DNA of 63,505 bases, filler included, from Choristocarpus tenellus KU-1152 (lineage: Eukaryota; Protista; Phaeophyceae): assembly GCA_964200185.2 (NCBI GenBank). It is 9 parts of 9 records of this genome, joined end to end, with 100 filler letters (N's around TTAATTAATTAA, not from the genome) between each part and the next. Parts side by side here need not be neighbours in the genome. Positions count along the whole stretch, not along the records: positions 49,056 to 55,097 come from CAXNAD020009092.1; positions 55,198 to 60,818 come from CAXNAD020010223.1; positions 60,919 to 63,505 come from CAXNAD020026504.1; 6 more parts are not named here. One strand, 5' to 3'. Below are positions 51,042 through 63,505 of this stretch, piece by piece. Made by a program: the position numbers and the translations under genes. The notes under the pieces are model-generated. The model was not told where the DNA came from. It ran no database searches and saw only the letters and a list, made by a program, of their open reading frames with translations. Position 1 is the stretch's first letter. The number at the start of each line of letters is the position of its first letter.

Positions 51042-52824
51042 AGAATCGCCCATAAACTTTTTCTAGACAATGAGATCCCCTTCTGTTGAATGCTGAAACT
51101 GGCATATTCGAAACAGTATTTAGCAGTCCCTACTTAAGACTATTTGAGCTGCACAACGGCGAACATTCCATAGTTAAATCAATGTCAAGCACACACCAAC
51201 CACCCCCCCTAACACAGACTAGAAATTTTTGGCATTCGCCAGGACTCCTCCGGTCGCATCGCTGTCTATGACCTTGAGGCACCATCCCTCATCGGAGTTC
51301 TTCATGCCATGGGTGGGACAACAGCTAACACCAACACTCATGTGGAGGTTGGGAGCAGTGCAGCTACCAGCCCCTCACGCACTGCAAGAATGAACCAGCA
51401 GGGGAGCACGGGTGTACCATCTCCAACTTCACTGCTGATGGAAGAAGACGTATTTGGTCTTGTGGGGGACCCCTGGGTGAAAGCTTTTGAAAGGTAAGCA
51501 GGGCCACCAACCACCCATGCCTGCACAGTCATTCTGTCACCTTACTGCTACTGTGTAGGTAGGAAGGCAAGTTTATCGCCTTGCCACGAAGCTTGAGGTT
51601 TGAAAAAATGGCTGCGGAATGTGGACTAGGGGACTGGGTGAACGAGCGGGTTGGTGGGGAGGTTGAAGGCGTTACAAGGTGATGAGAGCATGTGATTTTC
51701 AATGAGGTTTGGTGTTTTCGGTACTACTTCATGCCTGATGCATTGCGTTTAAAAAAAAACGTTTCAAAAAAACATCTTGTATGTATGTCAATTGCTTGTG
51801 TGCCCTTGACTTGACCCACTCCTTGTATCTTATCAGGCAATTTGGTATCATGTTGAAAATCGCCAAGCAAGGTTTTAACAGAGGAAATTAGCATTGACAA
51901 TGTCGTGCATGGCAGAACCACATTCCTTTTCTCAGGACAAATCCGTTGTCCTACTGCTGACTCTTGTTTGCAACACACAAGATGCAATTAATGTTCTCCT
52001 TGATATGATAGACGCGTGAAACATCTGACAGTTACATGCTAGGGATGTAGGAAAGCGCATGCACGAATAGTCCGTGTGTCATTTTTCAAAGCGTGCTTTT
52101 TCCAGATTGCAATATGCTATTATTGCTACTATGCTTGACTTTTTCTTGAATTGTTTTCAAGAACTAATGCTTGACTACATCCTTTCAAAAGGTCAGTTCT
52201 CTGCTTTGTAGCTTCATTTGGTGTTGCCTGTGCATGCAAGTATCCAGGTTCTATATATCTGTATCATTTAGACTTCGCCAGGGCACTTAATCATAGCCAA
52301 GAAAACTCCGGGCCAACGGTATTGAGGCCAAATCGGAGTTTCCCACCAACCAGATACTGGAGACTTGGGTGGATCGGTACGATGTTACAAGGTATACCAC
52401 CAAATTACATTTATACCAATGGTGTTTACTATTAAGTACTCCATACTGTTATTAGCTTCTTTCACAGTCGCACCATCATACTGTTATTAGCTAATGCTGA
52501 ACGACTAATGTTTGGTACCCTGGAGTGCATTAAGAATCATGATCATCTCCAAAATCGTCTTGAGCTCAAGAAGCGTGCATGTAAGAACTTTTGCTGTGCT
52601 CTCTATATATGGAGTCTGCATGACACTATCACAAGCATGAAACACTACTTAGTGTACACACAAGCACCTTCCTCGATGTCTCATCAGGAGGGGAGTGGTC
52701 AAGACTGCACATGTGATACAGGGGACAAAACACAGTGACTCACTACGTGGTGCAGTGTGGGCTGTTGGTCGGGACCGCCTTGCCTTGGTGTGGGCACAGT
52801 CTTACTGTGACATCAAGATGGTGA

Positions 52825-53831
52825 GAGTGAAAGTATTTTAGAGTGTACGGGTTTTGTCCTGTTTGTCCATTTGGGGCTTGGCTCCCTACAAGTCTTGTAT
52901 GACATTTTCCTACTCCGAATTTTTTTTGAGTAGGTAAAATGTATACGTTATGAAAAGGTGTATCCGGTACAAGGATACTGCCACTTCCTAACAAACAAGA
53001 TAGCCAAAATTACATCAAAGTCGCAACATTGGATTTTGACCCCAAATGGAAGTGGCTCTGCCCTCAAAGATACTTCGGCCCTGAGAGCGTTCTGATGATC
53101 CCCTTTTTCACTCTATGGTGGTGGTTTGAAGTACTTTCCCAGTGGTACAATTGGTATGTGGATAGTTGTCAAGCTCAGGACCAGGGTCGATCTGAACAAG
53201 GTTTGCACAGTGGAACTACAACTGCTTATGCCCAATATTGTTTATAGTGTGTGAGATTTGAGAACTGTAATGCATGTTCGAGATGAGTGAAAGTATGTTA
53301 GGGTTAGGGTACGAATTTCGCCCTGTTTGTCCGTTTGGGGCTTGATTTCTCAAGGGTTTTTTTTTAATGACATTTTCCTACTTCAAAATGTTTCGGAGTA
53401 GGTGAAAACGTGTGCGTTATGAAAAGGTGTGTCCGAAACAAGGATATTGACACCTCCTAACAAACATGATGGCCAAAATTATTATCAAAATCGCAACATT
53501 GGATTTTGGCCCCAAAATGAATACGGGTCTGCCCTCGAAGATACTTTCTCTCAGGTGTGTTATATACTTCAAAGTGAGTGAAAGTATCTTAGGGTTAGGG
53601 TACGAGTTTGCCCTGTATGTCCGTTTGGGTCTTGGCTTTCCACGGGTTTATTATGGCATTTTCCTACTCTGAAACATTTCGGAGTAGGTAAAATGCATAT
53701 GTTATGAAAAGCTGTGTCCGGAACAAGGACTTCCTAACAAACACGATAGCCAAAATTACATCAAAATCAAAATCGCAACATTGAGTTTTGGCCCCCAAAC
53801 TGACAAAGCTCTACCCTCGAAGATTCTTTGG
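52825..53831 (+). mobile_element. Cluster of three same-orientation MITE family A copies (52825-53081, 53285-53552, 53576-53831)
   Basis: Each starts gagtgaaagtat; conserved internal sequence. Confidence 0.85.
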
Positions 53832-54241
53832 TGTTTTTTTTTGTTTTTTTTGTGTACTTTGTTTGAAAGTGATTCCAATATTTGTACATGTATCGATGTC
53901 CACACTCCAATATTTCCAGGGAGTCAAAGTAAACGAGAGCTACCCAGAGTTGCATCTTAAGGATGCTGACAAATATGGCACAAAATTCGACAATTTGTTT
54001 GAAAAAAAATATGTTAAGGATATTTTCCGAATTGTTTCAGAAATTTTTCAAAAAATAGGAGAAATAAACGCTCTCGAGTGAAACTTAGAACTTCTTACAT
54101 AGAGACCTGGGTGGATTGCATAGTACTGAAAAACATGCTTTAATGCAAAACGGGGCAAAACCTAGGTGCCTCTCGTTAGCATGTCCACTATCGGCCATAT
54201 GGCCAAGGGTCGGTCCACAGCCCAACCGTGTTCAAACAGTC

Positions 54242-54497
54242 GATGGCCATGGACTCGGTCAGGTTTGAATTTGATTGTACATGGCCGGCCGGTGGCCCCA
54301 GTCATGTTGAGTATGTGATGGCCATGGACTCAGCCATGTTTGAACTTGGTTGTACATGGCTGGCCAGTGGCCTCAGTCATGTTGAGTATGTGATGGCCAT
54401 GGACTCAGCCATGTTTGAACTTGGTTGTACATGATGGCTGGCCAGTGGCCTCAGTCGCGTTGAGTAAGCAACGGCCATGGGCTTGGCCATGTTAGAA
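54242..54497. repeat. 75-bp minisatellite, about 3.4 copies
   Basis: Units begin gatggccatggactc at 54242, 54317 and 54392, with a degenerate unit near 54470. Confidence 0.88.
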
Positions 54498-54589
54498 CAT
54501 TTCATCTATGGGCGGTCAGGTATATATTTTTCAACACTCGGGCTGACCACGTCATGGCCATGCCTCCCTAATTCACTCTACTTGAGTCT

Positions 54590-54874
54590 GGGTCAGAGCA
54601 TTTAAAAGGGTCCGAGTTTTGCCCTGTTTGTCCGTTTGGGGCTTGGCTTAGGGTTAGGGTTTTTTATGCCCTTTTTCGGTTTTCTGTGTGTGAACACTAA
54701 CCCTAACCCTAATATATATATATATATATATATTAATATGACTATGAAAGGTTTGTCCGGAGTAAGAATATTGACACTTGCTAACAAACACGATGGCCAA
54801 AATGAATCAAAATCCCAACATTGGATTTATGACCCCAAACGGACGTGGCTGTACCCACTCTAATGCCTTAGCTC
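54590..54874 (+). mobile_element. MITE subfamily B copy carrying TTAGGG/CCCTAA hexamers and an (AT)n tract
   Basis: gcatttaaaagggtccgagttttgccc...gcttagggttagggtt...taaccctaaccctaatatatat. Confidence 0.8.
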
Positions 54875-55695
54875 TCTTATATCCTATGCTACTACTGTAA
54901 GTATTCTAAAAATAAAATATACTATACATAATGATATTTCTGTACCATTTTCTATTTTACTAGTTTAACCAATAAAATTATATGTTTAATACAAATACGT
55001 ATTGAGGGACTGAGATGATTGGCGATCCGTGTGTGGCAACTTAGCCTTCAATATGCTGCATATGTTTGTTTTTTTTTGGTCAAAGTGACTGGGGGCGNNN
55101 NNNNNNNNNNNNNNNNNNNNNNNNNNNNNNNNNNNNNNNNNTTAATTAATTAANNNNNNNNNNNNNNNNNNNNNNNNNNNNNNNNNNNNNNNNNNNNCTT
55201 CCTTAGACAGGTCTGAGGAATGAAAAAAGAAGCATGCAAGGGTGAAACAGTTGATAAACAGAAGTATCAAGGGAACTGCAGTCACAAAAGGAGGGTATAG
55301 TGTTAAATGCGTGGAAATGACGCGTGTGGGCGTGAGGCGGGGGGAGGGGAAGAGATGTCCATGATATTACAAATGGTAGTGAAGTGAATATTTTGGATAT
55401 TTGCCCCCCCCCTCTGTCCCTTTGCACTTACTGCAGAGACCGGTCGGAGAAAGAATGCCAAATACCAGAGAAAAATTCACCTTCGTAGTGTTTAGCGGCC
55501 ATCTTCTCCGTAGGCCAGATCATCTATGCGGCAATCCAAGCAAATGAGAGGGAAATTCGGGAAAAAATTAGAGAAGATTCCAGGCTGAGGGAACCAAACA
55601 CGACTGCTGTAGTCTCCAGAATCGTGGGCATCGATCAAATTCTGTCCCAACCACTGAATCAAAGCACCGCATGTAACCATTCATCAACGACTTGC

Positions 55696-56258
55696 CTTCA
55701 TGGCCACCAACTTGTAACCCTTCTTCTCGAACCGAGTGATCACCTCGCCAACAAGCGCACGTTGTACACCATCAGGCTTGATCGCCTGGAGAGGAACAAG
55801 AGTAACAGGGAATCAGTTCTAGGCGAGAAATCACTAACAGCATGCCCTGTAAGAACGTTGCGTACTGCGCAAATGTGTCCTTCTCGAAACAACTACGTCA
55901 ATATTTCGATGATTCAATGCCAATTGTGGACCGAACTTGGCAACAACAGAACTCTCCGCAAGTGCTTGACTCCCGTATTCTAAGAATAGCCCGATGTAAC
56001 GAGAAATTGCAAACTCACAATGAAGGACCGCTCGTTGACAGTCCCTGGGGCACCAGTGTACGGGACCTTAGCGGTACACTCCGCCTGGTTTTGAACAGAG
56101 GCAGCAGCAACCACAGCAGTAACACTTGCAGCGGCCAGCACTGAAGTGAGGGGAGAGATGGAAGTTGGCTTGGCAAGGATACCTGCGGCCGTCGAAGCAG
56201 CCCGGCCGTGGATAGCCAGTCGAAGGGGCTGTGAGCGCGTGGTGAAACGGGCGAACAT
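55696..56258 (-). CDS. NDK: Nucleoside diphosphate kinase, mitochondrial-type, first two exons (56258-56019, 55785-55696); remainder lost at the gap
   Basis: ERSFI|[30 protein letters not shown]; Arg/Ala/Ser/Thr-rich presequence plus a hydrophobic stretch. Confidence 0.93.
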
Positions 56259-56655
56259 GTTTTTTGTGAACTGTAGATCCTCTGATGAGATTTGTTAACA
56301 AAGATGTGTGGGGTGGAGGTGTTGGAGTAAGATAAAGAAACAATCACCGCGCGGTGGCGCCGCGCGGCGATTGGGTTCAAATTTATTGTTGTTGGGTTGA
56401 TTCTACACTAACGAGTCTCCTGTTCTTCGGGCAAGGTTAGAGGGAACGTGGGCGGGGTAGAGGAGCTCAATGGATGGTCTCGATGTACGATTTACTGGTG
56501 TGTGCCTTCTTTCCTCTTCGTGGTCAGCAACTGCAAAGGTTAGAGCAATGACTTATCACATGTTTTTGTGTTTTTTTGGTTTGTTTTATCGAGTATCAAC
56601 TTCTGCCTGGCCTTCACGGCTATCCACGCCCTCCGTGCCGTGCTTACCTCTGCAG

Positions 56656-59600
56656 ACGGTGGTTCCCTTAAAATGTACACTTCTGGAGGCCATCGAAGTA
56701 GTGGAGGCCGTGGTCGCCGTGATCAGGCAAAGTAGGTATGGCGAGGGACCATCTGTGATCAAGACAATCTCAGGACTAGGTAGGTCGCTTTTCCAGGCTG
56801 TACTTGTAGTCATCTAACGCATTTGCCTGAAGCCCCCGAAAATTCTCAACTTCTTCCACAATCGTTTACAAAAATGGCCATGTATCACAGGAGATTTTTG
56901 CGTCTACTACATGGCCATGCGTAATCCTCAAGCTGTCTCCATTGTCGGAACGAGTTCGTGGACAGGGTCGTTGGGGGTGGCTACATTCTTGCGAAGATTG
57001 CATACAGCACTCACAAGGTACAACTTTCTTTCGTGTGTCGCAGGTTGGAGACGGTTGGACTGATAACCTCTGGTCTTATTTAGAATTCCTCGAGTTCCCA
57101 TGGTTAGCCATGTGTATGAACTACTATGTCTTCTGTTGCAAACATACCAGCCTGGAAGTACATGTGCACTTCGTAAGCTTGCCGAAAAATCGTGTACCCA
57201 TGCAATTGACTCTTGTATGTATGTGTCTTCTCAGTTGCACTTCGTTGACAATCACTTAAACAGTGTTACCGACACAGGAAATGACAAAAGGTTTTTTGGT
57301 GCCGTCCCCACAGCTACCCTTTTAAAATATATGTATATTTCGCCACGCTCTTAACTAGAGATCCAGGGGACATGGGGTTTTGGACTTTGCGTGCAATGAT
57401 GTTGCAGGCAATAACGGTGGAAGGCTTTGTGGATAGCACGATTCTTGAGAACCCACTCCCAGCTCGCTTTCTTGAGGAACCCAAGTGGGATAAAAGGGCT
57501 GTGGATAATTGGATGAAGAATGAGGGGGAAATGGCTCTCATCGGCGGTAGTGGCCAGGTGGACAGCAAAAGAGGTGGAGGATATTCTCGTGGAGGAACCC
57601 CAGAGACAAACAGCACAAAACCCTCTTCAGTGGGTCTAGATGTGACCACAGGGATCAAGCGAGATGTACTATCCAAGCTGGAATTGGATTACTGGGATTA
57701 TGGGTGAGTCCTTGTCCAACTGACCTGTGTGTAGTGCAGGCATCTACCTATCTTGTGGAGAGCATCAATCCTTGTGCATAATGTATGGCTAACCCTCTCG
57801 CTTGTTTGACCTTCCAGGGAACCAGACCCAACACAGGGAGTGCACAACATGGCCATGACCAACACTCATGTGGGCCTCAAGACTGATAGTGGACCAAAGG
57901 GAGGTGACGATTCACCACCCCACGCACATGATTCGTCCACCACAAGTGACCCTTACAAAAATGTTGGGGCAGGTCATGGTGTTACACCTGAAGGGGCCAA
58001 TGATCTCACCATTGCCAACCAGGCTGGGGCATGGGATGCCTCTTTCTTCAAGACCTCATTCAATTCTAGGTCGGGAGACACCTCGAACCCACAACAGGGG
58101 CAGTCACTCTTGAGTTCAAGATCGCCTAGGGGTGAATCGTCTGCCTTCAGACCCAAAATTGGGACTGGGGGAAGTACTGAACATTTTATCACTGAGTTAC
58201 CTTCGACTGGTTCCACTCGAGGTAGATCCATGCAGCCCCTGTCCCCCCTTCGAGAGGATGATATGGCTACAGGGATTAAGGCTCTGGTAGATGCCAAAGA
58301 ACGACAGGAAGATGCAAAGATAACACAAACATCCCTGCCAATGTCTAAGGAGAGCGTACAAACTCAGCAGTCGTCACCAGTACTCCAAGGGATGACACCG
58401 TCAGGATCGGAGGTAGGATCTCCACACACGCAAGGTGGTGCTGATGTAGCAGACAACTCTGTCCTAGCAGGAATGGGCACAACTGGGTTGATGGGGTTTC
58501 AAAAGCCGGCGTTCCTTGCCACCTCCCCTGATTTGTCCAAAGCTATTGCTCCTGGTCCAATCCCAGTTGTGAGGAAAGTTGGTGTCTCTGTTGCTGTAAG
58601 TGAGGACCTTGTTTGCGCCTACCGTGGGGCAGCATTGCAAAGCTATGTTGTCACTGGACAGGTGCTGGTGTCAGCGTGTGAGGTGTCATTTCATCTTTGT
58701 GTCCGGGACGAAGCCGGGCTCATTTCTAAGGTAAAGGTCAACCCCGCCTTTGCCAAGGAGCTGACTGGACCTACTACACCAAAGTCCCGTCTGTATCAGT
58801 GCAGGGCTGTTGCAGAAACAATGTCTCCGTCTCAGCAAAGAGCGGATTCCACCCAACATTCTGAGGATGGACGAGCAAGGCCGAAGTTTCTGCCAACACT
58901 CATGTACCAATGTGCCCCCCTCGCCAAGCAAGTTCCTGTGAGAATTCAATGTCGACTAAGTGCTGCAGGAAACACAGTAAACTTATCAGCCCAGGCTGTT
59001 GCAAATCCAAAACTCTCACACCCTCTGAGCTCAGTGGTGGTCCTTGTGAGTGTCCCTGTCTTTAGCAGCTCTGAGAAGGTGAGTGTGCCTGACTTGTGCC
59101 TTAATTGTTTTGCTTTGTCCTAGGGTCATGAATAGCAGCAATTTGGTTCATTTTGTTGAAAATACAGCCGCTATGACAATCTAACTTCTATGTCATGTTC
59201 GTTATTTGCTTGAGTGCATATTCTCTGCACACTCTTCTAGAAATTAACACAGCATGTTACCTTGTGTGTTTTTGTATCGCTTTGACTCTATATATTGAGG
59301 ATATACAAAGTAGACGATTTTTACTCTACCCACTTGTACCTTTGATTCACAACCCAAACGTTTGTCCATTACATTGCAATGCAAACCTCAGCTCGCATTT
59401 ATTCATAGTACTGTTCATAGTGGATTAGAGTTTTGGCATTTTTTCTTAGCATTACGTGTAGCATTTATCAATAGTCGTTCTCACCTTTTCCCCTTTGTTT
59501 CAGTAACATCAGACCGTTTACTAGCAGGGGATCAAATTAGACAAATATAGGCAATACAGTTACATAATTGTACCAAAAGAGAAGGTCAAGAATGCGTTAC

Positions 59601-60799
59601 AATTGATAACTGTATTATGTGTAATGTTGATTTTTTTCCTAACAGTGCATGATCTTCCGACTGCAGTCATTAACTTGAAGTAATAACTGCAGTATCTCAA
59701 TTCCTATCATTTCACTTTGTCACCCCTTTACCTGCTGATTGGATTGCCTGGAAATGTGTTTTAGCGATATGCACCTGGCGGTGTTTGAGGGGGTTGCTGA
59801 AAATAATACAAGTATTATTGGCGAGACCATTTTCATGGTGTGGCAAACAAAGCACAGTCTCAACACGAACCAACAGAGGACCTTTTGTACAGTTTTAGCA
59901 TTTAATACAATCAGAGTGATCCACTATAAAAATTCAAACCTGTCAGATGAGAAAATAATGCTTTAAGCAATCAGACCAGTACATAATTTGACCGAATGTA
60001 TGATACCTAACCCTAACCCTAAGATGTTCATTAAACAAGAACTAAGAAAAGCTAAACGTTTTCACGCCTTGACATCCCTCTCTGGGTAAATCAAAATTGC
60101 CAAGACTGGGGCCTTTGACAAAAATGCTTGTTGCAACACACGGTACTCTTTTTCAGATTTATTGTCAATTTCTGTACAATAATAAACACTTTCTTGGTCT
60201 GTACCTGTTGTAGAAAGTTGCGACTTTGATGAGAATGTCACACTTACCATCCAGCTGTAGAGCACATGCATGCATCAAACATATCCGTTGGTGTTATTGG
60301 AAGTCTAGGGACCAATCCAATCCCATTGTACTTCAAGATACTGGTCCTTGACAAGTATTCAGCACAAGAGTCAATCCCTGAATATGCCCCGAGATCGCTT
60401 TCCAAACACCCTTTCAATTTTCGCACAGTCCAGGCCTCATTGTAGATTTTCTGCCCACAGTAGTTTGTTGAAAAATATACCCTAACACTTTGCTCTATTC
60501 CCCAACAGGGAGCGATGAAGTCCAAACCGCCAGCAGAGTGGAGGGCTGACAGGAGAGTGCTTGAGTGGCGTGTCCCCAACAGCATATTGCCTGGGGGCAA
60601 GCAGCTGCTCCAAGCACAGTTCACTCTGGAAAAAGAAGCGTCCACCACGACTGTTCCAGCACTACCCACATCTGCACCTATAATTCTAAAGTGCTTGTGT
60701 GCTGGATCGATGTTCTCTAGTGTGGAATTTAGTGTGGATGAGGCCACCTCCCAACAAGAGGCAGGGGGGGGGGGGGCAGTGCACAGCGGGTTGAAGTAG
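56656..60799 (+). CDS. Muniscin-type C-terminal mu-homology domain protein (FCHo/TCUP-like); exons ~56656-56779, 57408-57703, 57818-59078, 60509-~60799
   Basis: Long disordered linker, then VSVAVSEDLVCAYRG...VTGQV, KVNPAF, PVRIQCRL, ANPKLSHPLSSVVVLVSVP, SKPPAEWRADRRVLEWRVP...LQAQF; last three exons are phase-compatible; N-terminus uncertain. Confidence 0.72.
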
Positions 60800-62569
60800 G
60801 GGGGCAGGTGGTGAAGCGNNNNNNNNNNNNNNNNNNNNNNNNNNNNNNNNNNNNNNNNNNNNTTAATTAATTAANNNNNNNNNNNNNNNNNNNNNNNNNN
60901 NNNNNNNNNNNNNNNNNNCTACCTATGTTTCACTGATAACGTGTATCATTCGTACTTATCAGAACTCAAGAATTAGTCCTCACACTCTATGTCTGTTGTA
61001 AGTGTTCGTATTTTCTAAAACATAATAGGAAATGCTCGCACTATTCGCGTGTAACAAACGTTTGCACTTCGTTGAAATATAAAAAGAAGTACTCGCTCTA
61101 TTCGCCTGTAACACCACAACTGCTGACAGATGTTGAGAGATACTACACTCTTCTTGAAATTACCAAGTTGTGGGCCATTCAGTACTCCCCCATGGCATAC
61201 CTGTGGTGACACTTCACTTGGCCACCACTGAAGCTCTATTAGATGGATGCTCTGAGAGAGAGGACTATGTATCTAGTACTGCAGCCAAGAAGCACCTGAT
61301 TATGTTGTGGTGTAATTATGCCATTTCGAGAACTGGTCAAGTTTTGTCTACCAAAAAGTGTTTGTATGCTGTCTAAAAACAGAGTAGTACAGTACAGTTG
61401 TGGGTTGAGGGGGTTGAGATGGGACTCAGATGACACACGTACAGAGGTTGTCATATCAGCCATGGTATACAAAGGAGCATGTTCGCAATACCCCTGTATG
61501 ATTTTGTGCTCCCAATACCACTGCGGTTGTTATTCATACTACAGGGACGCTGGTAAATTCTCAAGCACGTGGGCTGAAGGTATCTAAGTACCAGTGACAG
61601 ATTGTCTCGCTTCGGCAATGATGGTGAGTTCTGTATTCCCTCAAACAAGTTTGCTCTTTGATACCTTCCTGTGTTCAGGCATTGGAGGTCCATTGTGCTC
61701 AGGAAAAAGTGAAGCAGATTTATTTAGATACGGGGATATAAATTCAAGTACTCAGTGCAAATAAGAGCAGCAAAAGGTGCCATAGGCAAATCTAAAGCAC
61801 TCGTACTCCTGACAATATTGCATCCTCACTTTAAGTGGTTTTGTTCGCACAATACCACTCTTCTGGAGTGCATTGTATATTACAGGCAGCATGAAGTCCC
61901 GACTCTTGAGTGTAGAACAATAAAATTGATTAAAACAATGGTTTTGAATGATAGATTCAACATTTTGTGTATTTGTTCACTACAGCAAATAGTATGCTCT
62001 GTACACTCTTGACCGTTGCACATTCGGGACAAACTCAACAATCTTAGTCGGTATGAAGCAACAGACTCAATTTTACACACACCGTCCACACCAGTAACTC
62101 TGCCCATTCATACAAAGAAATTGACAGGCTTGCAGCACACTGTAATGCCATGTAACAAAATGACATGCCACGATACTCTCTTGTTTGTGAGCCACTGTCC
62201 AAGGTGAGGAAATCTATCCACAAATACCTAAAAAAACAAAATCAAAATAATTTGTCAAATTCCTACAAAAATACAATCATCCCAGCACAAAATGATGCAT
62301 CTCAGATGCCAGCCAACAGGAGAACTTGAAAGACTAATGTGCACTTCTACATATAGTTTGTCTGGTGTATGCCCATGGCTGGTCTACTACCGATTCACCA
62401 AATCTTGGTGCCCTCCCCCTTTCCCAAATAATCAAAATTTCCACCCTATCGGATTCCCCCTGCTCTTGTCTTGACCCTATCAGAAAAGCTGTAGAAATGA
62501 TCTGCTTTCACGAGAAAGACTACAATTGACCTCCTATTACACAGTATCAGTCCTTTATCACACAATAGC

Positions 62570-62883
62570 CTACTCTGTCTCGATTAGAGGCATAGCTTCA
62601 GCTTCACCACTCCCCTTGCGATTGCCTCTGTCATGATCCATCCTCTCCACTGCAGTTTCCCCAAACCCTGAACCACCACACTGGCCTGCCCATTCTGGAC
62701 CTTGTTGTTCGTCCTCCAGCACAGAGGGAGTTCTTTCCGATTCAACATCTATAGGTACATCTTCCCTCGACTCGAGGTTGACTTCAAGAGGCCCATGGAG
62801 TACCCATGGCTTATACCCACAGCCCACCAGAAGCTCCAGAACAGCAAAAAAGGGCGCCGCCGCCAGGGCACAAACCAAACGCC
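62570..62883 (-). CDS. Terminal exon of a possible Mpo1/DUF962-like membrane protein
   Basis: cag| exon RLVCALAAAPFFAVLELLVGCGYKP resembles the family C-terminal motif AL..APFF...E.L...GY.P; upstream exons unresolved. Confidence 0.42.
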
Positions 62884-63505
62884 TGCTAATGACAGGAAAG
62901 GTAGTTTGAGCAGTTACACTTTGGAAAACTCCAGGTCAAGGAGGGCCGCACCAAAGGGTTAATAGTTCCCTAGCAAATAATAAATATAGACTGTGTGCAA
63001 TGCAGCAATAAAAACCCCTTTCCAGGTAACACAATGTGAGGACCACACTTTGTAAGACTAGGACATGGTTTTGAAAAGACAGATAGTGGTAAGGCATACA
63101 CCAACACACCCATTAAACAGTGAACGGAGTCCCTACGGTGGCATGAGGAAACATGAACCCTCAAGGCTGCTTCTTGAAATCAATCAGTTGCTCAGCAGAT
63201 AGAACCCGAGCAAACGTGCCCACCTTACCTGTACAACCAAATAGACATCTCCATTTGGTATCAGCAAAACTTCCATTTCAATAATTGTAGATGAGATGAA
63301 ATGAAGCCCAGGAAGAAGAGGAACAAGCAAGGCTACTACTTACAAAAGCAATATATAACATGCACAACCAAGCAGAGGATGGAGCTGCTTCATCTTCAAG
63401 AATGTATCCATGGTTACATGGGCATTGTCACTCCCCCCTTCTTTCCTGACACCCCCCCACCGCCCCCTCCCCCCCCACCCTCTCCCCCCTCACCTCATAC
63501 CCCCC

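Noticed and set aside
51290-52400. Possible plus-strand exons (…DPWVKAFER|gtaag)
   Set aside because: Splice-like signals but no recognisable domain or consistent gene model
5365-60918. Recurrent TTAATTAATTAA motif and any gene neighbourhood spanning the N gaps
   Set aside because: Identical 100-nt artificial linkers; contigs are concatenated, so cross-gap clusters are not evidence

Overview
Intron-rich eukaryotic nuclear DNA, most likely a brown alga or related photosynthetic stramenopile. This is inferred from GT/GC-AG introns, a nucleus-encoded sigma-70 factor, TTAGGG repeats and 126-nt TPR exons. The window is nine contigs joined by identical artificial 100-nt linkers (N44-TTAATTAATTAA-N44), so adjacency across gaps is not biological. 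Host genes: a fatty-acid-hydroxylase-superfamily gene head-to-head with a plastid sigma factor; a coiled-coil + RelA/SpoT-like (small alarmone synthetase-type) + TPR-exon gene; one MFS sugar-transporter exon; an S53-like subtilase; a low-complexity hypothetical gene head-to-head with GPN2; mitochondrial-type NDPK head-to-head with a muniscin/mu-homology-domain gene; and a possible Mpo1/DUF962 last exon. Mobile DNA: a TA-flanked mariner with intact TIRs and a decayed transposase, several degenerate Ty1/copia elements, CRE/R2-like LINE 3' ends, and about 19 copies of a ~260-bp MITE, some carrying telomeric hexamers. The strongest candidate for an undescribed system is the alarmone-synthetase-like domain fused to phase-0 single-repeat TPR exons (7146-14255, minus strand), which resembles a sensor-effector immune receptor. 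Exon coordinates were read by eye from splice sites and frame continuity. No database search was run.
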